Source: the human T2T-CHM13v2.0 reference genome, Homo sapiens. From it: a stretch of 64,000 nt of DNA. The notes under the pieces are model-generated. The model was not told the origin of the DNA. It did not search any database and was given only the letters and a program-made list of their open reading frames with translations. The stretch lies in NCBI RefSeq assembly GCF_009914755.1, contig NC_060932.1; one strand, given 5' to 3'. Below, piece by piece: positions 1 to 11,825 of this stretch. Numbering within the stretch: the first letter of the stretch is position 1; each line of letters starts with the position of its first letter. The translations under genes were made by a program, and so were the position numbers.

Positions 1-338
1 GAGCCCCAAGCCCTATTTCTTTCTGTAGCTCAAGATGCTATATAAATGTCAGTCATCTAGCCCTTCTTCAAGTTTTATATTTTTGTGGGACTTCTATGTG
101 TGTGCATGTAATTAAAAATGGCTTTCATTTCTTTTTTTATAGGCAAATATTATTTTATTGTTGTATAGTTTTGTATTTCTTTTGTTTTACTATGTGAGTT
201 TCTTTATTTAGATTCTGCACATATCTTTAAAAATACTTATTATGGTATACGTTTAATCTGTCTTATGTCAATTTAAGAGCTGTAGCCCAGCCAAAGAACC
301 TAGGAGGGTGGTGAAGAGCCACTTTTCCCTCCCCTACA
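1..338 (+). mobile_element. ERV1 LTR 3' part, MER34/MER39-like
   Basis: Ends ...gaagagccacttttccctcccctaca, the typical MER34/39-group 3' terminus; carries an AT-rich insert at ~128-250. Confidence 0.6.
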
Positions 339-487
339 GGTGTGAGGTCTGTATCTAGATTTATTTTTTTGCATGTTGATGTTTAGTCGTTCTAGCACCA
401 TCTGTTTAAAGACTATTTTTTTCTTCACTGAATTGCCTTTGCCCCTTTGTTAAAGATCAGTTGACTATGCTGGTTTATTTCTGAGCA

Positions 488-1695
488 TGTGACGTAATAA
501 AAAATATATATTTAGTGTCTGCCCCTGGTTTCCGATACAGCTTCTAAGTCCCTTAGAATCGCTTGAGTAATAGGAGCATATTTTGTTTTAATGAAGTGAC
601 TCTTGGTAGGCTCCTAGATAGCTTCAGGATGGGTGCTGGATATCAGAAAGAACAAGCCATGATTAAAAGCTTGGAACTTTCAGCCCCACTCCTATCCTCA
701 GGGGAGACATAGGGGCTGTAGATTAAGTGAATAATTTATCATGCTTACGTGATAAGCTTCCACTGAAAAATCTCCAGGGTTTGGAGAACTTCTGGGTTGG
801 TTAATGTGCCCATTCAGGAAAGGGTGGTGTACCCCAACTACACAGGAACACCAGTTACTCTGCTTGAAACTCTTCCAGACCTCACCTTCAGTACCACTTT
901 ATCTGGCTGTTCATCTGTATTCTTTATAATAAACTCATAAATGTTAAGTAATGTGTTCCCTGTGTTCTGAGAGCTTTTATGGCAAATTATTAAACATGAG
1001 ATGAGGGTTGTGGGAACCCCCAACTTATAGTCAAGTGAATAGTCTGTTATTGCATTGCTATAAATAAATATTTGAGACTGTGTAATTTATAAAGAAAAGA
1101 GGTTGAATTTTCTCACGGTTCTGCAGGCTGTTCAGGAAGCACAGTGGCTTCTGCTTCTGGGGAGGCCTCAGGAGGCTTCCAGTCGTGGCAGGAGGCAAAG
1201 CAGGACTGAGGCACATCACATAGCCGGAGTAGGAGGAAGTGGGGGGAGGTGCCACACGCTTCTAAACAAACAGATCTCATGAGAACTCACTATCCGGTGC
1301 CAAAGGGGTACGGTGCTAAACTATTCATGAGAACTCTGCCCCATGATCCAATCGCCTCCCAACAGGCCCCACCTCCAACACTGGGGATTACAATTTGACA
1401 GGAGATTTAGTGGGGACACAGTTTCAAACAATATCACCAAGTTAGAAGGGAACAGGTATCCTGGGCACCAAGTACTTGTGACTTGCAAGTGAAGTAGGGT
1501 GCACTCTTGTCTAATTGAACCCTTAACCTTCAGGGTCTATATTAACTCAGGGTGTCAGCATTAACACAGTGTCAGAATTAAATTATTATCAAATTGCTGG
1601 TATCTGCAGAGAATTGGAGAATTGCTTGGTATGGAAAATGCTAAAAATGCACACATTTGGTGTCAGAAGTGTTGAGTATAGTAAGTTTCTTTTAG
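488..1695 (+). mobile_element. MER21-family LTR inserted in L1, split by MST
   Basis: Starts tgtgacgtaataaaaaatata...gcccctggtttcc; L1 flanks rejoin as tttatttctgagc|tctctattctgttccattg. Confidence 0.75.
1036..1436 (-). mobile_element. MaLR solo LTR, MSTA/MSTB-like
   Basis: tagtctgttattgcattgctataa...ggggacacagtttcaaacaatatca; near-TSD tcaag/ccaag. Confidence 0.85.
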
Positions 1696-1944
1696 CTCTC
1701 TATTCTGTTCCATTGATCTATTTGTCTATTCTGTTTTTTTTTTTTTTGTCTCTTCCCAGAAACATTAAAATCAGTTTATAGATATCCACAAAATAACTTG
1801 CTGGGATTTAGATTGGGACTGCATTTAAACATATAGATCAAGGTGGGAAGAACTGATATCTTGACAATACTTTCAATATTTCTATCCTGTCCTATCCATG
1901 AACACAGAATATACCTCCATTTGTGTAGTTCTTTGATTTCTTTT

Positions 1945-2250
1945 TCTTTCTTTCTTTTTTTTTTTTTTTTTGAGATGGAACCTTGCTCTGTCGCCCAGGC
2001 TGGAGTACAGTGGCAAAATCTCGGCTCACTGCAACCTCCGTCTCCTGGGTTCAAGCAATTCTCTGCCTCAGCCTCCTGAGTAGCTGGGATTACAGGCACC
2101 CACCACCATACCCAGATAATTTTTGTATTTTTAGTAGACAGAGGGTTTCACCATCTTAGCCAGGCTGGCCTTGAACTCCTGACCTCGTGTTCCATCCACC
2201 TTGGCCTCCCAAAGTGCTGGGATTACAGGCATGAGCCATCATGCCCAGCC
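1945..2250 (-). mobile_element. AluS
   Basis: Full dimer with T-tail; 15-bp TSD tctttgatttctttt (1930-1944, 2251-2265). Confidence 0.95.
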
Positions 2251-4115
2251 TCTTTGATTTCTTTTATCAGAGATTTGTAGTTTTCCTCATAGAGATCTTG
2301 TATATATTTTGTGAGATTTATACCTAAGTATTTCATTTTTGGGGGTGCTAATATAAATGTTTTTTTTATTTCAAATTCCACTTGTTCATTGCTGTTATAA
2401 AGAAAGGTGATTAACTTTTGTATATTAACCTTGTGTCCTGCAATCTTGCTCTAAATGCTTATTCCAGTTTTTTTGTTGTTGTTGATTCTTCTGGATTTTC
2501 TACATGGAAAATGATGTTATCTGCAAACAAAGACAGTTTTATTTCTTCCTTTCCAATAGGTGTACCTTTTATTTTATTTTCTTATCTTATTGCAGTAACT
2601 AAGAATTCCGGCATAGTGTTGAGAAGAAGTGGTGAAAGAGGACATACTTGCCTTTTTCTTGATTTCAGAAGGAAAGCTTCTAATTTCTCACTATTAGGTA
2701 TGATGTTGTATTGTTTTTATATTCTTTATCCTTTTTAAAAAAAACCCTTCTATTCTTAGTTTACTGAGAGGTTTTATTATAAATGGGTGTTGGAATTTGC
2801 CAAATGCATTTGCTGCATCTATTGATGTGATCATGTGAATTTTCTTCTTTTGCCTATTTATTGATGGATTACATAAATTTTTGAATGTTGAACCAGACTT
2901 GCATACCTGAGATAAATTCTACTTGGCCGTGGTGTATAATTCTTTGTATATATTGTTGGATTTGATTTGCTAATATTTTTGCTGAGGTTTTGGCATCTAT
3001 TTTCATGAAAGATACTGGTCTTTAGTTTTTTTGAGGTTTTTTTTTTTTTTTTTTTTTTTTGGTAATGTCTTTGGTTTTGGGGTTAGGGTGATACTGACCT
3101 CATAGGATGAGTTAGGAAGTATTCCTTCTGCTGTTTTCTTCTGAAAGAGATTGTAGGGAATTGGCATAATTTATTCCTTAAATGTTTGGTCGAGTTCACC
3201 AGTGAACTCCTCTGGGATTGGTGCTTTCTGTTTTAGAAGGTGATTAAGTATTGATTCAATTTTAAAAAATAGATGTAGGCCTATTCAGATGGTCTATTTT
3301 TTCTTGTTTGAGTTTTGGCAAATCGTGTTTTTCATGGAATTGGTCCAGGTCATCTAGGTTATCAAATTTGTGGGCATAAAGTTGTTCATAATATTTCTTT
3401 ATTATCCTTTTAATGTCCATGGAACATCCCTGGTAATGTCCCATCTTTCATACTAGTAATTTGTGTCCTCTGTCTTTCTTTCTCTCTCTTAGCCTGGTAA
3501 AAGGCTTATTGATTTTACTGATCTTTTCTAGATATCAGCTTTTGGTTTCACTGATTTTTCTCAATTTCCCATTTTCAGTTTCATTTTCTGCTCTAATTTT
3601 TATTTTCATTTGCTTTGGATTTAATTTGCTCTTCTTTTTCTAATTTCCTAAGGTGGAAGCTTAGGTTATTGATTTTTTAGATCTTTCTTCTTTTCTAAAA
3701 TATGCATTCAATCTTTTAAATTTGCCTCTAAGCACTGTTTTCAGTGCATACCACAGATTTTGTTTTGGATGTTTTATACCACAGATTTTGATGTTATATT
3801 TTCATGGAGTTCAAAATATTTTAAAATTTCTTTTGAGATTTCTTCTTTGAGCCATATGTTATCTAGAAGTATATTGTTTAATCTCCAAGTCTTTGGGGGA
3901 TTTTCCAACTGTCTTCCTGTTACTGTCTTCTAGTTTAATTCCACTGTTGTCTGAGAGCAGACACTGTATGATTTCTATTCTTAAATTTGTTAGTATGTTT
4001 TATGACCCAGGATGTAGTTTCTTGAGGTGACTGTTCCAAGTGAGCTTGAGAAGAATGAACATTCTGCTGTGTTGTTGAAGTCTGTATATGTCTGTTATAT
4101 CCAATTGATTGACTT

Positions 4116-5092
4116 ACCAATGCTTTTTGAATCTAGTCATAATAATGGGTGTGAAGTGCTATTTCATTGTGGTTTTGATTTGCATTTCCCTTAATGTGAA
4201 AGCATTAAGGCTAACGATATTGAGCATCTTTTTATGTTCCTATTAGTCTTTTGTATATCATCTTTGAAGAAATGTCTATTTTGATACTTTACTCATTTTA
4301 GTTGGGTTGTCTTTAATTGAGTTGTAAGAGTTCTTTATGTGGTCTAGATACAAGTTCCTTATCAGAAGATGCTTTGCAAATATTTTCTCCTATTCTATGG
4401 TTTATCACTTTCTTAATGGTATCCTTTAAAGCACAAAAGGATTTTTAATTTTGATTAAATCCAATTTATTAATTATTTTTTATTATTGTCCATATTTCTG
4501 ATGTATCTAAGAAATCATTGCCTAACTCAAAGTCATGGAAATTTAATCCTATTTGTTGTCTAAGAATTTTAAGTTGCAGCTCTTGCATTTAGGTCTATGA
4601 TTCATTTTGAGTTAACTTTTATGTATTGTATGAGGCAGGGATCCAACTTTATTCCTTTGCTTGTGGATATCCAGTTGTCCTAGAACCTTTGAAAAAAAAT
4701 TAATTGACCCTAAATGTAAGGGTGTATTTCTGAACTCTCAAGTCTATTTTATTGAGCTATCTGTCTATCCTTAGAACTTACACTATCTTAAATGGTGTAA
4801 CTTCATCATAACTTTTGAAATCAGTAAACTTTTTCAAGATTGCTATGGTTATTTGGTGTCTCATTTTCATATGAATTACAGGATCAACTTTTTAATTTCT
4901 GCAAATAAGTCAGTTGGAAGTTTGATAGGGATTATGTTAAATCTCTAGATCAATTTGAGGAGTATTACCATCTTAATATTAAGTCTTCTGATTCACAAAC
5001 GTGGGATGTCTTTTCATTTATTTGGGTCTTTTAAAAGTTCTTCTAACAATGTTTTTGTTGTTTTGTTTTCAGAGTGTAAGTTTTACACATTG
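4116..5092 (-). mobile_element. Second, independent old L1 ORF2 3' fragment
   Basis: Antisense L1 text (atttcattgtggttttgatttgcatttcc) covering a consensus interval also present at 339-2300. Confidence 0.8.
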
Positions 5093-5897
5093 TGTTAGAG
5101 TTCTTCAGAGAAATTAATTAAAAAAGTGAAACTAAATATGAGTAAAGGATCCAAATAGACATTTTTCAAGAAAAATGCAAATTACTAATGAGAACATAAT
5201 TTAAGTACAAACTTTTTTTCATTATAGACACATTCTTCAAGATAATTCAGCGTGTAAACTTTTTAAAGACTTTTAAAGACTTAGAATAGTTTGTTTCAAA
5301 CATTGATTTGTGCTGCAGTGAATTAAAGCATGGGCATAAGGCTCTATTTTTCCTTTCAGAAACTTTTGCCATCTGGTTCCCAGTGTCCTCTTAACATAGT
5401 TTTCAGGCTATGAAATTCTGTACGTCTTTATGAAGCTCAAGAATTGACCTTTGAGAGGGAAAAGTCTTATTTTATTATGCTGACACCACACATCATAAGT
5501 CGTATTTTGCTTGTAGATCTCATTCAATGTCATCATCAACATGTGCAATAAGAGATACGTCATGTTTATGGCTAGAATATTTCTTTTATTTCCAGTTATA
5601 GTTTTCTCATAAAATCTCTATTGAAAATAATCTCCATGCAGTCATTGAATGTTATTGCTTGGAACAGAAATGCTAAAACAATTTGCTTGTTTAGGATCTT
5701 GAGTTATTCCAGCATTCTGAAGTGTCTCAGTCCCATAAGAAATATCTTTTTGGCCAGAGCAGTAGTAATGTAAGTCTGTGGCTTTTCTTGTCATGTATTT
5801 TATGGGATTGTGTTAACTTCCTAATATGTTTTGTATTCTTCCCATTTGTATTAGAATACAATGGGTAAATAATTTCATTTTAACTCTTCTCTCCCAG

Positions 5898-5975
5898 ATA
5901 TTTTACAGCTATGATTGACATTTTCTCAAGAGTTTTGTATTAAAAAATAGAATGTCCCAGTGGGATCTAAGAATG
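5898..5975 (+). other. Candidate non-coding exon (78 nt)
   Basis: Branch-like tttaac, pyrimidine tract, cccag| acceptor and ATG|gtaaga donor; stops in all three frames. Confidence 0.3.
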
Positions 5976-6399
5976 GTAAGAGGTAGGGCCTGCGCATTAT
6001 TCTAAGATCCAAAAAGTGCATCTTCAAAATTAGATATTGTTTGTCTTATATCTATCATCTTTTTCTTTATGTCCAAGCCCCTTGTTGGACAGAGGTCACC
6101 CTGGCCATTGCACTGGGTAAGTGGGCTGTGAAGGAGATCTTGCCCTACATGGTCAAAGACAGAATAACCAGTGGGTCCTTGGAAAGCCATGAAGGTCAAG
6201 CCTTGGGAACAAAATCCAAAGGGTTGAGAGGAAGGGTCCAGGGCAAGGAGATGAAACCAAAGTCTAGTGGGGAGGAGACTGGTAGAGCTAGTAGAATAGG
6301 GCCATAGGAAGAATGATTTGGATATTTTTAACAAATACAGTGGAAATATCTAGAACTTGGTATATGTAATCTGGCGCAGTGAAATTAGTGTGGTTTTGA

Positions 6400-6500
6400 A
6401 GTTGGCTCTAGGTTCGCATCTTGCTTAATTAGTAGGCTTAGGTAAGTCAGTTAATCCCTCCGTGCCTGAGTTTCTCATCTTTTAAATAAGCAGTAGCGTC
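6400..6500 (+). mobile_element. MIR fragment
   Basis: Core-like gttaatccctccgtgcctgagtttctcatcttttaaa. Confidence 0.65.
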
Positions 6501-6589
6501 ATTATAATCACAATAACTAGAGCTTCTTCAATACTTGTAATATATGGTAGATATTTTATGTAGATAATCAGAGCAGTCCAATGAACTAT

Positions 6590-6725
6590 TTTTTATTATC
6601 CCTATTTTTCACATGGGGGAAACTGAGACTTAGAGAAATTAAGTAATTTGCTCAAGGTCCTTTCCTACAGCTAGAACGTAATAGAGCTAGGATTGTAATC
6701 CAAATGAATCAGATTTCACAGTTCA
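6590..6725 (-). mobile_element. MIR fragment
   Basis: attatccctatttttcacatgggggaaactgagacttagagaaattaagtaatttgctcaaggtc. Confidence 0.8.
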
Positions 6726-6854
6726 TTAGGCCATTGGATCAGAATGGCCTATACGCATATTATCAGGGATATCCTAAACTCTACTGTAGACTGTATTAGC
6801 ACTTCTGGGGATGGGGCCCAGGAAAGTACATTTGACCTCACCACTTAGGTGATT

Positions 6855-7163
6855 CTTTTTTTCTTCTTTTTTGTTTTTAATTGAGACAGCCTCACTCTGA
6901 CACCCAGGCTGGAGTGCAGTGGCATAATCTTGGTTTGCTGCAACCACTGACTCTCAGGCTCAAGGGATCCTCCCACCTCAGCCTCTGGAGTAGCTAGGAC
7001 TACAGGCATGCACCACCATGCCTGGCTAATTTTTGTATTTTTTTGTAGAAACAGGGTTTTGCCATATTTCCAAGGCTGGTCTTGAATTCCTGGACTCAAG
7101 TGATCCTCCTGCCTCGGCCTCCGACAGTGCTGAGATTACAGGTGTGAGCCACTGTGCCCAGCC
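6855..7163 (-). mobile_element. AluJ inside a MER5-type fragment
   Basis: TSD ttaggtgatt (6845-6854, 7164-7173); flanks resemble MER5A. Confidence 0.9.
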
Positions 7164-7199
7164 TTAGGTGATTATTATGCTCTATGTACTCTGTAGTCT

Positions 7200-7685
7200 T
7201 GTCACCCAAGATGTGATCTGTGGCTCAGGACCATCAGCATCACCTGGGAGCTTGTTAGAAGTATAAATTCTTGCCAGGTGCGGTGGCTCACGCCTGTAAT
7301 CCTAGCACTTTGGGAGGCTGAGGTAGATGGATTGCCTGAGCTCAGGAGCTGGCAACCAGCCTGGGCAACATGGTGAAACCCCATCTCTACTAAAATACAA
7401 AAAATTAGCCAGGCATGGTGGCATGTGCCTGTAGTCCCAGCTACTACTCAGGAGACTGAGGCAGGAGAATCTTGGTAATTATTTACCAGGAGGCAGAAGT
7501 TGTAGAGATTGCACCACTGCACTCCAGCCTGGGTGACAGAGGGAGATTCCATCTCCAAAAAAAAAAAAAAAAAAAAAAAAAAAGGACAAATTATTGGACA
7601 CTAACCAAGCCCTACTGAATTAGCATATATATTCTAATAAGGTCCCCAGGTGATTCATATGTGCATAAGGCTGGGGAAGACCTGC
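7200..7685. mobile_element. MER5A-like hAT MITE split by an Alu
   Basis: cagcatcacctgggagcttgttagaa...tccccaggtgattcatatgtgca. Confidence 0.7.
7273..7583 (+). mobile_element. Alu (S-type) with long A-tail
   Basis: Dimeric Alu; A-run ~7557-7583; degenerate TSD aaattctt/aaattatt. Confidence 0.95.
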
Positions 7686-7979
7686 TTAACAGGGTGAAGT
7701 GAGGATTAGAGATACTAAATATAAACGTTCTCGCATATCTTAGGTGCCTAACAAATACTCTGTTATCATTTCCCTTTTTGATCAAGTAGAAGGTGATGTT
7801 CTGGGAGGGCCTACAACTACAGGGTTAAGGTAAACAATTGTTCTGCTTCCCTTTCCTTTGGGATCTATGCCTAGTGCTAGCATGTTATTTCCCAGTTTTC
7901 CAGTATATTTTTCCCAAACATCTGTCCTAAAACTTATCGTGTTCTAGAATTTTTACTATCATACCTCTTCCAACACCTC

Positions 7980-8100
7980 AGTTTGGAATCAAAAGATCTG
8001 GATTTGACTTTTGCCTTGGCTAATTATTAAGTCTGTGACTTTGGGAAAATTAACATTTTTGAGGCTCAATTTTATCATTTATAAAAAGAGCATAATGATG
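7980..8100 (+). mobile_element. MIR fragment
   Basis: ctgtgactttgggaaaattaacatttttgaggctcaattttatcattt. Confidence 0.6.
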
Positions 8101-8492
8101 ATCAAAATAATAAATTTATCCAACTAAAACGTAAGAGATTAGTCCTATTTGGTTAGGGTATCAGTTGAACAAGTAAGCAAGGAACATAGAAAAGTATTAG
8201 ATTCTATACTATTAGACTCTATTTTTTCCTAAATTTTAAACACTGCAATCCTTTAAAATAAATAAATTTTATAAAATTATCTGTTCTAGTCTAATGACAA
8301 AAATCTGCTTTTAGAAAAATGTTCTATAATCAAAACAATGAATTTAGATATGAACTCACAAAATTTTAAAATTTGCTAGGATCTTTAAGAAATCATGCAG
8401 TCCAGGTTCTTGATTTTATGATAGCAGAAACAAGAATTAAGTGACTTTCTTAATGACACCAAGGTAGTTAATGGATGTAATTTTAATTGGTA

Positions 8493-8792
8493 TACTGTTG
8501 TCCCTCAATAGATGGGGTATTGGTTTCAGGACCCCCAAGATTACCAAAATCCATGAATGCTGAAGTACCTTGTATACCATGGCATAGCGTTTGCACATAA
8601 TCTACATATCCTTCTGTACACTTTAAGTGATCTCTAAATTACTTGTAATATCTAATACAATGTCAATACTACATAATTAGTTGTTATTCTATATTTTTAT
8701 TTGTGTTTTTTGTTGTACTTTTTTTTGGAATATTTTTGATTCTTGGCTGGTTGAATCCATGCATGTGGATTTGGCAACATGTGGAGACAGTT
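8493..8792 (+). mobile_element. MER2 (Tigger-family MITE)
   Basis: ttggtttcaggacccccaagattaccaaaatccatgaatgctgaagtacc matches recalled MER2. Confidence 0.85.
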
Positions 8793-8799
8793 TTACATT

Positions 8800-8938
8800 C
8801 ACAACTGGTGGAGTTGCTCCTGACATGTAGTCGAGGCTAGGGATGCTGCTAAACTTCCTACAATACACAAGACAGCCCCACCACAAGAAAGAGTTATCTA
8901 GCCCAAAATGTCGTGGTGCTGCTGTTGAGAAACCATGC
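8800..8938. mobile_element. MER20 (hAT)
   Basis: gggatgctgctaaacttcctacaatacacaagacagcccc...gttgagaaacc. Confidence 0.85.
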
Positions 8939-8989
8939 TCTAAACTGCATTGTCAGTTACATGAGAATATCACAGTGGCCAAGTCGGCC

Positions 8990-9102
8990 TCAGTCACCAC
9001 TAACTTCCTAGCATACAAACAGACTTTTGGGAGACAAGTATTCCATAAATGTTTGTTGAATTACTTTAAAACAACTGAATGAACAAACGAATGAATGAAT
9101 GA
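8990..9102 (+). mobile_element. L2 3' end
   Basis: ataaatgtttgttgaa followed by an (aatg)n tail. Confidence 0.6.
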
Positions 9103-10614
9103 GAAGATATCAAGTTTTCATTTAGTACACTAACTGGTAGAACACACAGATCTGCTTTTAAATATAAACATAAAATAGCAGTTGTCACTTGGTATTAGGG
9201 AATATCATATCACAGAACGTTTGGTCGACAAAAGCAATAAGGGAACACATATTCCTGTATGTGAAAAAGTTTATCCTAAGATTAAGCTGGATTATGGAGC
9301 AGCAAACCTGGACCATTGTGTTTGCTTTTCCATCTTCCAGCAGAGTTCCTTATATAAACACTGAATGAGGATATTACTGTCAACCTACAATGTGAACTGT
9401 TGCAAGAAACAGCTCCATAAATTATGCAGCTACTGTATGGGATGTTGTTGAGGGTATCTTTCGCGACATGACATGGCCCTTCTTATTAAGGATTCATGGG
9501 AGAAATTGTTGTCTGGCCTTTGTTTCTGCTATGCTTCTAACTTGTTTTTATCTTAAAAATATTGTGAATTAGAGTTGATTGTGTTTCAGTTGTAGCTACT
9601 GGGAAGCTTACATGCAACTTTATGGCTCATTTTAAACCAAGTATATGGAGTATTATAATATCCTAATCTCACCCCTGCTTATCTTATTTCTTAAAAAAAA
9701 TTTTTCACATTACTCTGCTTTTCTTTAAGCTGTTTTTTAACTTTCTTTTTTCCCATCTTCCCCTTTCCTCCTTCCCCCTCTTTCTTGCTAAATATGTTTT
9801 GTAAATGATGAGGTTTTACCCTTCAGAGTGGACATTTTGAAAAGTAATTTATTTACTACATAAGTATTTATGGAATGCTTATTTTATAACAACTGTAGCT
9901 TTTTGATGGAGAAATTTACAACATTCCTTGAACAGATAAAATTTTATCAAAATAGTCATCACAAATAATGACAAACAGTATTTCCAGGAGGTTAAGGACA
10001 ATATACATTCATGGCTCTCTTTACTTGCTGTTTCTGGACGCCAGTCCCAGAAAGCAATCTAAGGGATACCTTTGGGATATTTGAGAAGAGAAAAAGTGAG
10101 AGAAGCAGTATGTCCACGGTAATCTAGTTCTCTCACAAATAACGCGCCGATTTTTTGTCGGCACGGTATCTTACCATATCTCAGTTTGGCATACATCCTA
10201 ACTCATGGTTAATGTTCTGAGGTTTTGTTAAATTCAATTGGTTTTGCAGTCCTGGGCTTATGTTGCATGTGGATGGACCTGATGGTAGGGTTTGAAGGTT
10301 CTGTTGACCTCAGTTTAAAAAGTAACTACTATTGAAAACTAATGATTTCTTTTACTAAGCACGTTCCTTATAAAACTTAGGCAAGATTGGGGACTGACAA
10401 GCAACAAACATCACTTATAATGTAGTCACTGGGAGGTAGTGACTAGTATTATCTTAATAAACTGTTTCAGCCTTTTTATCCTATGCATGTGTAGGAAAGG
10501 GAGAGAGAGAGGGAATAGGATATTGCACATACTCCTTTGTAATTCTTGGTATTCTCTTGTCTGTGATGTTATTATCTTTCCGTGTCATTATTCCTTGTTC
10601 TACATTGTCACTCA

Positions 10615-11022
<408 letters not shown>

Positions 11023-11663
11023 TTATGGCAAATGTGTGTACACATGATTATGTGTGTATGCATGTGTAAAATGTGTACAAATGATTATGGCAAATGTGTG
11101 TACACACAATTTTAAGTAGCTTGATTTTACGATCTGAAGTCAAAACATTCCATAGCTTCAATTTAAAATTGAGACACAAATAGGAAATTAGTTCCAATGC
11201 AGACTGATATAGCAGGGCAATTTTATAATATACATTTACATTAACAGTTAAATACTTCATCTTTATATTTAGTCATGGAGATAATTTTAAGTTGTTTGAG
11301 GAAATTAAACGAGGCATGTAGCCTCATTCATCTGTGTACATAGCACACATCTCTATAGGCTAGGAGAAGGAAGTTAATGCTAACCCTTAATTTAAAACAT
11401 CACTTTTGTATGTTGTAGATCCAGAGTTCAGGCGGACATTTTTTTTTAAACAGTGGAATATAGGATAAATATCTTAGAGATTGAATTTCAGTGAGCAAAT
11501 TGTTGGTCAAAATTAATGTGCCACTTTCAGAGCACAACAACCCAATTTTCTTTCACATAAAAGTATTAGAATGATTTTATTTTCACAAATAACTGAAAAA
11601 GAGAGATAAAAGAGATGGGGAGGGAAAGATAAACAAATCCCTATAGATTTCCCTGATTTACAG

Positions 11664-11825
11664 GTGGGATTCAAAAGTACCTGCTGTGTGAAAAAGGCAC
11701 CATTATGAAGAAACCCTCCTCAGATTACTCCATCAGAAACAATCAAAAAGAACTCGGATTGAGTACACCCTTTGAGCATTGTTGCACCACCACAGCAAAT
11801 TAAATTCATTCAGGTTGACTTCATG
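11664..11825 (+). other. Candidate non-coding exon (162 nt)
   Basis: tttccctgatttacag|G acceptor and ATG|gtatgt donor in unique sequence; stops in all frames. Confidence 0.3.

Larger units (their letters stand above)
339..4115 (-). mobile_element. Old L1 (L1M-type) ORF2 fragment, interrupted by MER21, MST and Alu
   Basis: Antisense L1 ORF2 text; translated remnant IIKKYYEQLYAHKFDNLDDLDQF (3262-3444) resembles L1 ORF2p; many stops. Confidence 0.9.

Noticed and set aside
10025-10140. H/ACA snoRNA interpretation (AGAGAA H-like box; ACA after the second hairpin)
   Set aside because: The second hairpin is only ~40 nt with no clear pseudouridylation pocket, and the boxes are low-information; kept only as a generic structure finding.
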